Source of the DNA: Blastocladiella emersonii ATCC 22665
Taxonomy: Eukaryota > Fungi > Blastocladiomycota
Length of the DNA: 64,000 nt
Reading direction: 5' to 3'
Assembly: GCA_025594325.1 (NCBI GenBank)
Contig: JANHCV010000001.1
Span: 4,340,001 to 4,404,000 of the forward strand
Shown here: positions 1 to 13,349 of the stretch, one piece after another
Position numbering within the stretch: position 1 is the first letter of the stretch
Layout: the number at the start of each line of letters is the position of its first letter
The notes under the pieces: model-generated
What the model was told of the DNA's origin: nothing
What the model saw: only the letters and a program-made list of their open reading frames with translations
Database searches by the model: none
Program-made: the position numbers and the translations under genes

Positions 1-1
1 C

Positions 2-3000
2 CGCGACTCGCTCCTCGACCTCGCCATGGCGCACCTCAACCAGCTGCAGGACCCCGAGTTCCTCCGCACGCACATTGGCCGCGTCGCGGACGACGTGCTT
101 GACGCGCTGCTCGCCGCCCTGCACGTCCGCGGAACGCACCTCCCGCTGGCCCCGGGCGCCGAGCCACTGCCGCTGAGCCGCGACGACAAGGTCGCGGCCG
201 CCGTGAGCCACCTCGCGGCGCACGCGTCGCCGCTCAAGGACTTCCGCCAGCTGCCGCTGTACCCGGTCGCGACCAACTCGGTCGTCGACGCGCTCGTCCC
301 GCCGCTCTCGCTGCAGTACCTGTCCCTGTCCGACTACCTGTTCCGGCACCTGGTGCTGTACCGCAAGGAGAGCGGGTACGCGATCGCGGCCGACGTCGAG
401 GAGGCCGTGGGCCGGCTGCGCCCCGCCTTCAACGACGCCGCCGACACCACCGAGTTCCGCGGGCGCAGCCGCATGGCGCTCGCCCCCGACACGTGCGTCG
501 TGGTGCACGTCGGGCGCATGGCGGCGTTCGACCCGGCGCCCTCGCGCGTCGAGCTCGAGGTCAAGTACTCGACGGCCAACTACCGCCGCGAGGTCGCCCG
601 CGAGTGGGACTCGCTTAGCCGCGGCGAGGTCGTGTTCCTCGCCTCGGTCGACGCCACCCGCGACGGCAAGTTCAAGGTCAACCACGTCCGCGCCGGCGTC
701 GTCGACACCGTGCTCGGGTACGACGGCCGGTCGCTGTTCGCGACCGAGGTGATCGAGCGCGGCGGCCCCGCGCCCACGCAGGACCAGCTCGCGCGCCGCA
801 CGCTGCGCGTGCTCCTCGACCGCCACCAGTACCGCCTCGACATGGCCGAGCTCAAGGCGGCGGTCGGCGAGAATGGAGACGACGAGGCCGAGAACGAGGC
901 GGATATCTACGGGTCGTTCAACGTGCTCGTGCGGCGCAACCGCCGCGAAAACAACTTCTGGGCGGTGCTCGACGCGATCCGCGAGCTGTACGACCAGAAG
1001 ACGGCGCTGCCCGCGTGGTTCGCCGAGGCGTTCCTCGGATACGGCAACCCGCGCGCCGTCCACTACTCGCACTTTGACGAGAACAAGCGCGTCTACTTCC
1101 ACGACACGTTCCTCGACGCCGACCATCTGCGCGAGAGTTTCCCGGGCAAGGTGCGTTACGGCGATGGCATGGCGCGACCGCACTCGACTAACGCGACAAC
1201 GCGGTGTAGACGATCGCTTTTGACGGCGACGCGACGGACCGCGTGGTGCTCGACTTCTCGGACGAGTCGACGGTGCGCGTGACGCGTGTCCCGTCGGCAC
1301 CGGTCAGCATGTTCCAGACCTCGCTGCCGCCCGAGAACAAGATCCGGTTCACGCCGACGCAGGTCGAGGCGATCCGGTCGGGCACGTCGCACGGGCTGAC
1401 ACTCGTTGCGGGTCCGCCGGGCACGGGCAAGACTGACGTGACGGTGCAGCTGCTGTGCAACCTGTACCACAGCAAGCCGACGGAGCGGATCCTGCTGCTC
1501 ACGCACAGCAACCAGGCGCTCAACCAGCTGTTCGAGAAGCTCCTGCACCTCAACCACATCCCGGAGCGGCACCTGCTCCGGCTCGGGCACGCCGACGACG
1601 AGCTCATCTCGGCGTATGACCAGTACGGCCGCGTCACCCACTTCATGGACCGCCGCGCCGCGCTGCTCCAGCAGGTCGACGCGCTGGCGCGCACCATGGG
1701 CGTCCCCGGCGACCACGCCTTCTCGTGTGAGACGGCCGCGTCGTTCTTCAAGTACCACGTCCAGGCGGCGTGGGATGGGTTCCTCGCCGCCATCGCCGCG
1801 CCAGGGGTTTCGGCCGAGGCCGCGGTCGCCGCGTTCCCGTTCACGGGCTTCTTCGCCGCGCTGCGGCCCGAGCCGGCGCTGTTCGACGGAACCGACTCGG
1901 CCGAGTCCGTGCGCGGTGTCGCCGAGGCGTGCTGGCAGCACCTGGCATCCATGATGCACGACGTGGCGCAGTCGCGTGCGTTCGAGGTGCTCAAGACGGA
2001 CCGCGACAAGGCGAACCTGCTGATCGGGCGCGAGGCGCGGATCGTGGCCATGACGACCACGTACGCGTCGCTCAAGCGGCGCGACCTGCTGGACCTCGGG
2101 TTCGAGTTCGAGTCGTTTGTCATGGAGGAGGCGGGCACCGTGCTCGAGATCGAGGCCTTCATCCCGCTGTCGCTGTCGAAACGCGTCCAGCGTGTCGTCC
2201 TGATCGGCGACCACCACCAGCTCCCGCCCGTGGTGCAGTGCCCCGACCTGCAGCTCAAGGCCGAGTCCCTGTTCGTGCGCATGCTGCGGCTTGGCGTCGC
2301 ACCCGTCACGCTCGACAAGCAGGGCCGCAGCCGCGCGTCCATCTGTGCGCTGTACCAGCACGTGTACCCGGGGCTCACGCACCTGCCGAGCGTCGCGGGC
2401 ATGGCGGGCATCGCTAACCCCGGGTTCGCGCACGAGTTCCAGTTTGTCGATGTCGGCGACTGGGAGGGATTGGGCGAAGTGCAGCCCGTGGCGCACTACT
2501 ACCAGAACCTCGGCGAGGCCGAGTTCGCGGTCGCCACGTACCAGTACATGCGGCTCGTCGGGTACCCGGCGGAGCGCATCGTGATCCTGACCACGTACAA
2601 CGGGCAGCGCGCGCTGGTCCAGGAGGTGCTCAGCAAGCGGTGCGCGTGGAACCCGGCGCTGTTCGGGACGTGTCACGTCACGACCGTAGACAAGTACCAG
2701 GGCCAGCAGAACGACTTTGTCCTGCTGTCGCTCGTCCGCACCAAGGCCCCCGGCCACCTCGCCGATATCCGCCGCATGGTCGTCGCCATGTCCCGCGCCC
2801 GGCTCGGGCTCTACGTGTTCGGCCGCCGCGACCTGTTCGCGGCCGTCCCCGAGCTCGCGCCCACGTTCGCCGAGCTCGCCAAGCGCGGGAGTGCGGGGAA
2901 GGGGCTCGCGCTCCTCCCCAAGGAGCGGTACGCGACCATCACGCGCGCCGTCCACGACTCCGTCCCCGCCGAGGAAGTGGTCCACGCCGCTGACGCCGCG

Positions 3001-3078
3001 GCCATGACGGACCTCGTCGCGCACCTCGCGCAGGAGATCGAGCTCGAGGCCATGGCCATGGACGTCGACGACGCGTAG
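2..3078 (+). CDS. AQR: Aquarius intron-binding spliceosomal SF1 helicase (5'-partial; frame open to window edge; intron 1151-1209)
   Basis: Motifs PPLSLQYLSLSDYLFRHLVLYRKES, NRRENNFWAVLDAIR, FTPTQVEAIRSG, Walker A GPPGTGKTD, LIGDHHQLPPVV, YYQNLGEAEF and TVDKYQGQQND match AQR/Cwf11. A GTGCGT..CTAAC..TAG intron joins ORFs 26-1282 and 1243-3078 in frame. Confidence 0.95.
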
Positions 3079-4221
3079 CGCCGAGTGATGCAACATTGTG
3101 CGCGATGAGGGGGCGGTGGACCCACGGTGGCCCCACGCGCGCCTGGCCCCATGCTGTCCGTGCACGGCCACGTTCACGCGCAGGTGTGACATCACGGTCG
3201 CGATAAATTGGAAGGAGGTTGTTAGACGCAGCTCACTTTTTTCAGCGTGCTCGCGCCGAGTCGCGCGGTGAGTGGAGTGGCGACGCGATGACCGCCGCGT
3301 GATGCGCGCACCAGATCGCAGCGAGCGCGCCGTGGCGCTGGCGTCTGCGCCGGCGTTGCAGTGCAGGCCCCACGCCCCCGCTGGACGCCACGTTTCACCT
3401 TCAAAGCGCGTCGATCCCGTTGCATCCTCGTCGTCGAACGCCGTCGTGAGCCCGTGAGGATCGCGGCGACGGCGGCGACAGCGACGGCAGGGAGCGAGGT
3501 GATGGTCGCCGTGATGGCACGTCGTCCTCGAGTGGCGACGACGCCTGAGATGGCCATGGAGTTCCGAAACCCCGGTCCTGGCCCCATGCGGGGAGCGTGC
3601 CATGAACAACGCCGGCCGGGCACGGCCCCATCGCCACGGCACGCCGGCCTGCGCGTCGGCTAAGCTTATGCAAACCGCTTCGACCCGACTTTCATGCCTC
3701 GCCTTGACTCGCCTCGTGGCAAGGCAATTCCGACTCGAAAGGGCGCGGGTCAGCGATCCGGAGTGCTGGGCGGTTTCATGGCGCGCCTTCCTCGCCCTTG
3801 TCCACCCCTTCGCCCCCCTTGCCCTCCTCAGAACCCCGCCGGTGGTCGTCCTCGCTCTCGCTCTCCCTCTCCTTCGCTCGAGCGCCCCTTAAACTTCTTC
3901 GCCCCGCCGACGCGACGACCACGACGACGACGGAAGCCCGCCCTGAAGCCCGCTGCACCCTCCACCCCCTGTCACGCGACGTTCTACTTGACCGACTCAG
4001 CAAACCTTCGAGTTTCGTACGTGTCCCAGCGAATTCTGCTATCGCGTCTCCCGTTCTGCGTGCAGGGAGCTCGGGATCAGCTCCCATCACGGTCGAGAGC
4101 TGCGGTTTGCTGACCTCTCGCCCACCGCCATGTGTAGCGCGATTTTGCTCGCCGCCCAACGGGCACTCCATACCCCACCGACTACACGACTACATAGACA
4201 TAGACGCGCGCCAACACCACC

Positions 4222-7200
4222 ATGGCCGCGACCAACACCGTCCGTGCGTGGTACCGCGCGACGCCGCACCGGCGGCCCTTCTTCCGCAAGGACAGCGCCA
4301 CGGGCGGCGAGGAAGACGAGGCGCGCACCAACGCGACCGTCGTCCCCGCTGCCGCCGATGGCAAAAAGGACCCCGCCGCCAAGCTCGACGAGCCGCGCTA
4401 CTACTGCGGCGGGCGCATGACCAAGCGCCAGTTCGTGTGCGCGCACCTGCTTCTCGGGTCGGCGCTGCTGTCGATCATCATGATCCCGCTCGCCTACTTT
4501 GTCATCACCCCGGCCATCATCCGCGCCAAAGTCCGCGACCTGCCCCTGTCGTCGCTCAAGGTCGACGGGTTCGATATCCCGCAGTTCTCGGCCGACGGGT
4601 TCAACTTCACCACCTCGGTCGCCGCCCCCGCCCAGTTCCCGATCCCGATCTGGGCCAAGATCACGCCCCGCGTCATCCAGGTCCAGACCTCGCCCCAGTG
4701 GGACGAGTCGACCTCGCTTATGTCCATGTCTTCGGCGCCCATCGACGTACGTTTTGGACGGCTGACATGGCTGACGGCCGAGTGGCGCATCGCGTCGCAC
4801 GGCCCGTCGTTCGACGATTCGTGATCGCACCGCTGATCTGACAACTGATCTCTCCCCTCCCCCGCGCCCTCGTAGATGAATCTCAAGTACCCCGAGCTCA
4901 CGCTCTCCGGCGGCGCGCAGGTCAAGGACCCGAAGCCGCTGCGCGCGCTCGCCGACGACTTCTCGTCGCCCAACGGCCTCTCGGCGCGCAGCCTGTTCGC
5001 GCGCATGAAGGTCGACATTGGCGTCTTCGGCATCACCTTCTACAAGAACTTTGAGCTCGAAAAGGAGCTGCAGATCCCCGCCATCAAGAACGACCTGCTC
5101 TCGGTCTGGAACCAGGTCCCCGACTTCCTCAAGTCCGAGTCGGAGCGCGAGCGCACCCGCAAGATGGCCAAGACGGCCCGCGCTGACCTCGACTTCACCG
5201 CCGAGGGCTTCACGATCCTCCCGCAGTTCCCGCCCATCAAGATCAACGCCATCGGCATCGAGAACTCGTCGCCCGCCGGCCCGACCGTCCTCCTCGACCT
5301 CGCCATGAATAACCCGACCGTCGCCACCTTCAAGCTCCCGCCCGCCTCGTTCTGGTTCACTCTCGAGGGCGAGCGGCTCGCTCGTATCAACGTCGAGGGT
5401 ATCCAGCTCGCTAAGCAGCAGTCGAACCTCAAGCTCAAGGCCACCATGGTACGTTTTCCTGCCGAGCTTACACCTTCGCGACCGAAACTCACTCTTCGCG
5501 GACCCATTTGTAGGCGATCGAGCCCAACGCGCGCGACAAGCTGCCCAAGGCGCTGTACCGCTTCGTCGGAAAGGTGTTCGGCGGCGGCATCCTCGACATC
5601 GAGGGCGCCGAGGAGAAGATCAACGCCAACGAGGCGCCCAAGGCGTCCATCGCCGGCCCGTTCGCGCTCGAGTCGGCCGACTTCGTGACGCAGATCACTC
5701 AGCCGCTGCTGCTCAACCTGCCCATCGAGGAGGTGATGCGCGCGCTCGACGTGCCCAAGATCCGCGACCTCATCTCGCCCAACGGCGTCAAGATGATCCT
5801 GCAGCGCACCCAGTTCAACCTGACCGTCACCAACACGGACATGATCGTCCCGTTCGAGCTCAACATCCCCGCCGCGCTCCCGCTGCCGTCGCAGAAGCTC
5901 GACATCCCCTTCAACTTTGCCGTTACCATCGCCGGCAACGGCGGCAAGACCATGTTCAAGCTCGCCATCGAGAACCTGTCGCTCAGCATGTCCAAGACGG
6001 GGCTTGGGATACGGTCCAAGGTGACCGTCACGCCCGAGAACACGGACGACGCCGCCGCCACGGTGCGCGACCTCGCCGACGCGCTGCTCGTCAAGGGCAA
6101 GGCCGCCATGGTCGAGGCCCGCGAAATGTCGCTGCTCGTTGACGGCAAGCCGCTGACCTGGTCCAGCAGCCTGCTCGACAAGCTCGTCTTCAAGGCGCCA
6201 ATCCCGGCCATGGACATTGTCACGCTGCTCGACGCCTTCACGAACGGCGGCACCGCGATTCCCATCAACCTGCGCTCGCTCCTGCTCCACCAGTCGGACG
6301 CCGCGCCCGGGTTCCACACCGAGACCGCGCTCGACCTCGTGATCCCCGACTCCAAGGGCCCGATCGGCGACGCGCCGTTCGCGATCCCCAAGATCTCGGC
6401 CGACTTCGGGTACGCGCGCATCGCCGTCTCGATCGACGACGCCGCGCTCGCGTCCGTCGTGCTCCCCTCGGGCGCGCGCATGGTCGAGGGCAAGGCCGAC
6501 AAGCTCGTCGCCGACGCGACGCTGCCCGGCGGCGACAAGGCCGCGCTCGTCGGCAAGGTCCAGGCCATCGCCAACGCGCTGCTCGCCGGCGCGCCGCTCC
6601 CGTCCGAGTTTGTGCTCGGCGGCATCTTCTTTGGCAAGGACGCGCAGTCGGCGTTCCGCACCTTCAGCCTGGTCCGCGTCCCCGTCGCGCTCGCCAAGAT
6701 GGAGCCGCTCGCCAAGTCGCTCGCCAAGTCGCTGCTCGACACGGTCAAGGCGCAGACCAAGCCGATGGTCGTCGTCAAGGACGCGGACGTCGCCGTCGGC
6801 ACCACGACCACGGTCAAGAGCAACGTCGCCATCGCGATCCCGTTCCCCGTCGACCTCGCCATTGGCCGCACCTCGCTCAACCTCGGGCTCAACGGCAACA
6901 CGTTCGCGGCCGTCTCGGTCGGCGGCCTCGCCATCAAGCCCGCCGGCACCGTCAACAATCTCGCCCTCGACGTCTCGGTCCAGTTCCGCACCGGCGAGGC
7001 CATCAACCCGGTCCTCGACCCCATGGCGCAGCTCGTCGAGTCGGTCTGGAGCACGCTGATCGCCGGGTCCGAGTTTGCCTCGCCGCACGCCATCTCCGTC
7101 GCCGGGCTCACGCTCGACTCGCCCGCGGGCAATGGTGCCGCGCGCATTGACCACTTCGCCGGCCTCAACGTCGGCGTCTCGCTCAACTCGGCCGTGGCGC

Positions 7201-10200
7201 TGATCCCGCAGGCCAAGTCGCTCGTCGACGTGTCCGCGATCCTGCCGTCGTCGGTCCAGGCGCTCGTCGACCAGGCCAAGCCCGCGCTCCTCGGCGCCGA
7301 CGTCGCCACGCTGCCCGGCCAGTCGCTGCGACTCAGCCCCGCCGTCGCCCTCAACAACCCGCTCGCCCTGTCGCTGTCGCTCAAGTGGGCGACCGTCGAC
7401 GTGCTCCTCGATGGCGGGTACCTGTGCACCGCGCAGGTCGGCAACGTCACGCTCGCCCGCGGCCAGCAGACCATGTTGCCCACTGTCACCATGACGTGCG
7501 CGGGTACCGCCGACGAGGCCGCGCGCGCTGCCGGCCAGCTCGTCAACGACCTCATGGCCAGCTGGCGCATCAAGTCGACGCGCGTGCAGGTCGCCAAGCT
7601 CCTGTTCGGCGACGGGCCCGGAGAGAAGGCCGTCGCACTCGTGTCCAAGGCCACGCTCACGCTGCCGCTCGCCGCGGTCCCGCTGGAGCCCATCGTCAAG
7701 CCCGTCCTCGACTCGATTCTCGCCAGCCTGCCGACCGTCGACCAGATCCTCAGCGGCACGTCGTCGCTCGACCCCAAGTTCAAGGCCGTGTCCCTGCGCA
7801 CGCTGCCCGGGTCGACGATCGAGGCCGGCATCGAGATGGAGCTCACGAACCCGCTGCCCTTCTCGGCGTCGATCGGCTGGCTCTCGCTCGACGCGTCGCT
7901 CGACGGCGCCGCGCTCGGCCACATCACAGTCGCGCCCTTCAACATCGGCCGCGGCCGCACCACGCTCAAGACGTCCGTGATCATCAACGGCAACGGCGGC
8001 GCCGCCGAGGCCGTCGCGCGGTTCGTCGACACGTTCCTGTCGGGCGCCGAGCTCGCGCACCGCGTCGGCATCAGCCAGCCGCTCCTCGGTGTCTCGGACA
8101 AGGACGCCATCTCGGCGTTCCGCTACGTGCAGGCCGACGTCGCGCTCAACCAGGTCCTGCGCGGCACGCACGCGCCGATCGACATCTCGGCCATTGTCGG
8201 GTCCAAGCTCGGCGGCGCCGTCGACGCGATCGCTGGCGGCGCGTCGACCATCACGGTGCCGGTCCTCCCCGGCCTCAGCGTCGCGGTCGGCCAGCTCAGC
8301 GTCGCCGCGCAGCCGGGCAAGAAGCTCGCCATCTCGACGGCGTTCCGCCTCAACGCTGACTTTGCGGTTGACGTCGACATGGGCTACTTCAGCGCCGCCG
8401 TCGGCAGCATGCTCAAGGCCACGCTCGCCGACGTCAAGATCAAGCAGGGCGCCGACGCGAACCTGCGCATCGCGCTCGAGTTCAGCGAGTCGGACGCGGC
8501 CGTCCGCGAGGCCGCCGACCTCGTCAACCACCTGTTCGACAACCCGGTCCCCGGCGCGCTGCGTCTCGGCGAGATCGCCCTCGGCTCCTCGCCCTCGGAC
8601 ACGTTCGGCCTCCTGTCGGCCGTCCGCGTCAACCTCGCGCTCGACCCCGTCGTGCGCCCGATCGCGGCCAAGGCCAAGCAGATCATCAACGACTACGTCG
8701 GCGCGCTCGGCAGCCGCGACCTGCTCGCCGTCACCGACAAGTCCATCACCGTCACGCTTTCCCCGTCGACCAGCATCGTCGTGCGCGACGTCTCGGTCGC
8801 CACGGCGCCGCAGAAGATTATCTCGGTCGGCGTCGTCTCGGACGTCAAGACGCCGCTCCCCGTCTCCGTCGACATCCCGTACCTCGGCGCCGGCATCGGA
8901 TTCGGCGGCCAGCGCCTCGGCACCGTCGGTCTGCGCGGCCTCGTGCTCAAGAACGGCGGCGCCTCGGGTCTCACGCTCGCGGTCGAGATGAAACTCGACG
9001 GCGGTAACGACGCCGCCGCCACGCTCGCGGCCGCCGTCAGCAAGCTCGTCCGCGGCGAGTCGCTCCAGGGCACCCAGCTGACGGTCTCGGCGCCCGCGTT
9101 CGGCGTGTCGCGCGACGACGCCGTCGGTACCTTCAAGGAGGTCGCCGTGTCGGGCGACCTCGGGCTCGCGGACCCCGTCGTCAAGACGCTGCGCGAGAAG
9201 CTCGTCGGCAACCTCAACCCCAAGTTCACCAGCAACGGCGGCAAGGGCTGGACCGTGCAGCTCGCGCCGTCCATGTCCGTCGACATCGCGTCGCTCGCGG
9301 TCCGCTCGCAGGGCCGCGCGCTCGCCATCGAGGTCGACGCCGCCGTACAGCTGCCGTTCAAGCTGCGCCTCGATATCGGGTATTTCGCCGCGTCGGCCCA
9401 GCTCAACGGCCAGACGCTGCTTTGGTTCGAGACGGCCATCAAGCTCGAGGACCGCCTCAACAAGCTCGGCGTCGTCGTCTCGTTCAGCGACGCGGATGCC
9501 GCGGCCGACCAGGTCGCCGCCCTCGTCTCGGCGGTCCTCGCCAAGCAGAACCCGCTGCCCGGCGACATTGGGGTTTCGCAGCTCGCCATCGGGTCGTCGC
9601 GCGAGGACGTCATTGACGTGCTCCGCGCGATCACCGTCGCGCTGCCCGCCCAGACCGTCGCCGCGCCTGTCCTCGGCCTCCTGCCCGCGACCATCGACCC
9701 GGTCGACATCCTCACACAGCTCGGGTTCCAGCTCGGCCACGTCGACGTCAAGGCGCTGCCCGGCGCGCGCCTCAGCATCAAGGCGGGCGTCGCGCTCACC
9801 AACCCGATCCCCGTCTCGGTCTCGCTCGGCTACGCCGCCATCACGGTCGGGTCCGAGGGCACCGACCTCACCACGGCCGCCGTCAACCGCCTCGAGCTCA
9901 CGGCCAACGGCAAGAACGCGCTCAACCTCGACGTCGAGCTCGCGTTCCCCGATACCGAGGCCGCCCAGGACAAGCTCGCGGCGCTCGTGCGCGACCCCAA
10001 GTCCATCTCGGCCGGCAACATCCTGTTCGGGTCGTCGCCCGCCGAGGCCGCCACGCTGCTCCGCAAGACGCGCATCGACGTTGCGCTCGGCCCGATTGTC
10101 AACAACGACAAGCTGGTGCCCTTCATCCTCAAGCAGGTCGGCCTGACCAAGGACGACCTCGCCCTCGAGTCGCTCGTCAAGCGCGTCACGCTCAACAAGC

Positions 10201-13061
10201 TCGACGTCGCGGTCCGCCACGCCATTGAGGTCGAGGGCGCCGTCACGGTCGCGCTGCCCGTGTCCATCACCGTCAACATTCCCGTCGTGGCGCTTGTCGC
10301 GTTCGTCGAGCGCGCCTCTCTCACCGCCGTCAACGTGCGTGACCTCAAGGTCGACAGCAAGGACGGCAAGCTCTCGGCGTCGTTCCGCGCGCAGCTCGAC
10401 ATGGCCGCCACGGAGCCCGCGCAGAACGCGGTCGCCGCGCTCATCAACAAGTTCCTCGGCGGCGACAGCAAGTTCAACCTCGTTGCGGGTGTCGGCTCGA
10501 TCGCGTTTGGGTCCGGCACTGACCGCGCCAATCTCGTTGCGGTAGCCGCCAAGGTCCGCGTTGACCTCGATGTCTCGGCTGCCGTCAACTACCTCCGCGG
10601 CCTGCTGCCCGAGAAGCTCGAGCTCGTGTCCATCGCCGAGCGCCTCGGCGTGCAGATCGGCAAGCTCGCCGTCGAGGCCAAGCCCGGCGCAACCGTCGAC
10701 GTCGGGTGCCAGCTCACCACCAACTTCCCGCTGCCCATCAACCTCAGCATCGACTACACGGCGCTGGCACTCGCGCTCGGCGAGAGCCCCGAGATCCTCA
10801 ACCTCGAGATTGGCCAGCTCGCGCTCCGCGCGTCGGCCAAGAACACGCTCTCGCTCAAGGTCGCCGCCAAGTTTGCGTCGTCCGAGGCGGCCAAGGACGC
10901 CGTCGCGGCGTTCCTCAAGAAGCCGACCGACATTGTCGTGACCAACGTGCGCTTCGGGTCGTCCGAAAACGATCACATCCGCCTCCTCGCCAAGGCGCGC
11001 CTCGTCGTGCCGTCGGCCATGGTCGCCAACGACAAGCTGTTCGACTACGTGCTCAAGCAGATTGGCCTGTCGCGCGCCGACCTCGCCCTGCCCGCGCTGC
11101 TCAAGCGCCTCGACATTGAGTCGGTTGATGTCGATGTGGGCAAGCAGGTCGCCATCAAGGCTGCCGCCTCGATCGCGCTCGCCGTCGACCTGTCGGTCAA
11201 GATGCCGTACGCCGGCCTCGTGGCCTTTGTCGACGGCGTCCCGCTCGCCGCCGTCGGCGTGCGCGACATTGTGCTCGCGTCGCGCGACGGCCGCATCGGC
11301 GTGACGGCCAACGTCGCGCTCGACCTCAACGAGTCGGAGCCGACCAAGGACAAGGTCGCCGACCTCGTCAACCAGATCGTCGCCAACAAGAACATTACGC
11401 TGAGCGCGGGCGCCGACTCGGTCGTGTTTGGCGTGTCGCCCGCGGACGCGGTGCAGACCATCAGCAAGGTGCACCTCGACCTCGACGTGACGCCCGTGAT
11501 CGCGCAGGTCAAGGACATGGTGCTGGGGCTCGTCAACACGGTCGGCGACTGGCTCGTGATCGAGGACGTGACCACGGGGCTCGCCGACACGACGACCATG
11601 ACGGCGTCCGTCGCCGTGGACCTGCGCAAGATCCGGTTCGCGGATCGCGTGCGCATGACGCTGCGGTACGCGTCGCTCAACGTGCTGCTCAATGGCGTGC
11701 CCATCGTCACGCCGCGCGTCCAGTCGCTGTCGCTCGAGGGCGGCAAGCTCAAGCTCGACACGCTGCTCGCGTTCGCGGCGGGCGCCGACACGGTCAAGGA
11801 GCTCGGCGCCGTGATTGACCAGTCGGGCGACATTCTGTTCGGCAACAAGGGCAAAAAGGACCGCCCGCTGTCGGCGACGGTGCGCGGGATCCGGATCGGG
11901 TCGAGTGCCGACTCGATTGTCGAGCTCGCGGGCAAGATCGACGTGACGCTCGACGCGCTGCCGTACCTCGACAAGGCGCGGACGTGGTACAACGCCAACT
12001 GGCCGTTCACCATCGACAACATCCAGTCGACGCTGACCAAGCGCGGCATCGACGTGGACGTGGACATTTCGAACCGGCTCCCGATCCCGCTCACGGCCAA
12101 CTTCCCGTCCGTCTCGGCGCGCATCTTCTACCGCGGCGAGGGCGACACGGTGCTCGTCAACTGCTGGGTCAACGACCTGGTGGTCGCCAAGGGCAAGGTC
12201 AAGTTCCACCTGTGGATCGACCCGGTCTTCCCCGACGTCATGAAGGGGCTCAACGACGCGGTGCCGCTGCTGCTCGCATACAAGGACCTGGCGCAGAACG
12301 CGTACCTCGGCGGGTTCCAGCTGCACACGATCGGCGAGCCGAGCAAGGCCACGCCCGCGCAGACGTTCAACGTCTTCTACGGCGCGCGCATGGACCCGCC
12401 CGAGCTCTTCTTCTACCGCCCGCTCGTGATCCGGCCGATCCTGGTCAACCCGTTCAAGGACGGGCTCGGCCTGGACCTCGAGGTTGGCTTCACCAACCCC
12501 GGCCCGGTCCACATCAATATCGGGGATGTGTACTTTGGCCTGGCGCGCGGCGACACGCGCCTCGGCGGGATCACCATCGACAACTTTGTGCTCAAGAACC
12601 AGCACGAGGGCGGCGGCAAGAACCTGGCGCGGGCCAAGGCGCGCGTCACGCTCAACCTGCTCGACGTGCCGGGCATCCTCATTGACCTGGTCGCGCACCG
12701 CGACAAGTTTGGGTACAAGTCGGACATTCGCTGGCAAAAGGACGAGGAGCTCGTGTGGCTCAACCGCATCGCCGAGCGCCTGCCGCCCGCGATCCTCGGC
12801 CGCCTGTGGGAGGTGCTGTTTGGCCTGCTGCGCAACGCCTCGGTGCGCCTGTTCAAGGAGGACGGCGTCAAGCTCGCGGCCGCGTCGGGCGCGCCCGCCA
12901 ACGGCACGCTGTCGCGCCGCTGGCTCGGCAAGCGCGCGGCGCTCGACGAGAAGGTGGCCAAGATCGAGGTGGCCAAGTGGACGGCGGACCCCGTCGTGCC
13001 TGCCGAGCTCGCTGACTTTATCACGGTGGACTGGTCGGCGCTGACGGTGATCGAGGCCTAG
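4222..13061 (+). CDS. Giant (~2,880 aa) type II membrane protein with tandem LEA_2/DUF3712 (Tag1-like) beta-rich repeats; exons 4222-4746, 4876-5448, 5514-13061
   Basis: Two GTACGT..TAG introns give one continuous frame. There is a single N-terminal hydrophobic helix (LLLGSALLSIIMIPLAYFVITP) after a YYCGGRM motif, followed by about 15 recurring N-P-x-P/F-x-(L/V)-x-(I/L)-G/P-Y-type segments typical of LEA_2/DUF3712 units. Confidence 0.8.
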
Positions 13062-13349
13062 TTTGTGAGAATACAGTTGTGACTCTTTGTGATGCGACGT
13101 GTGATGGAATTCGAGAGAGAACGCGAGGGCCGCGCAGGTCCTTCCCGCCAGAGTTTCAAGCACGGGTCGGCTGAACGTGGCGGCCCGGAATCCAGAGTAC
13201 CTCCATGGTCGGCCGCGGAGGTCCTCTCTCCACGCCGCCCGCCGCCCTTGCGCCCTCAAAAGGAAGTGAGAGAACCCTCCCCGCCCGCTCCCATCGATAG
13301 CCCGAATTCGAGCGCGGGACTACATAACCCGAGCGTGCCCCCGCCCGCC

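Noticed and set aside
3079-4221. Several 60-350-aa ORFs between AQR and the giant repeat gene, including an ATG at 4130 overlapping its start
   Set aside because: No recognisable motifs, codon pattern or splice-linked frame; treated as intergenic, promoter or 5' UTR. A uORF role cannot be supported from sequence alone.
5040-13259. 2,739-aa minus-strand ORF, plus other long antisense or alternative-frame ORFs (e.g. 1156-3642, 28483-32160, 33800-35623, 59827-61674)
   Set aside because: These are shadow ORFs. The sense genes almost never use TTA/CTA/TCA codons in this GC-rich genome, so antisense stops are rare, and the translations are Arg/Gly/Ala-rich with no domain motifs.
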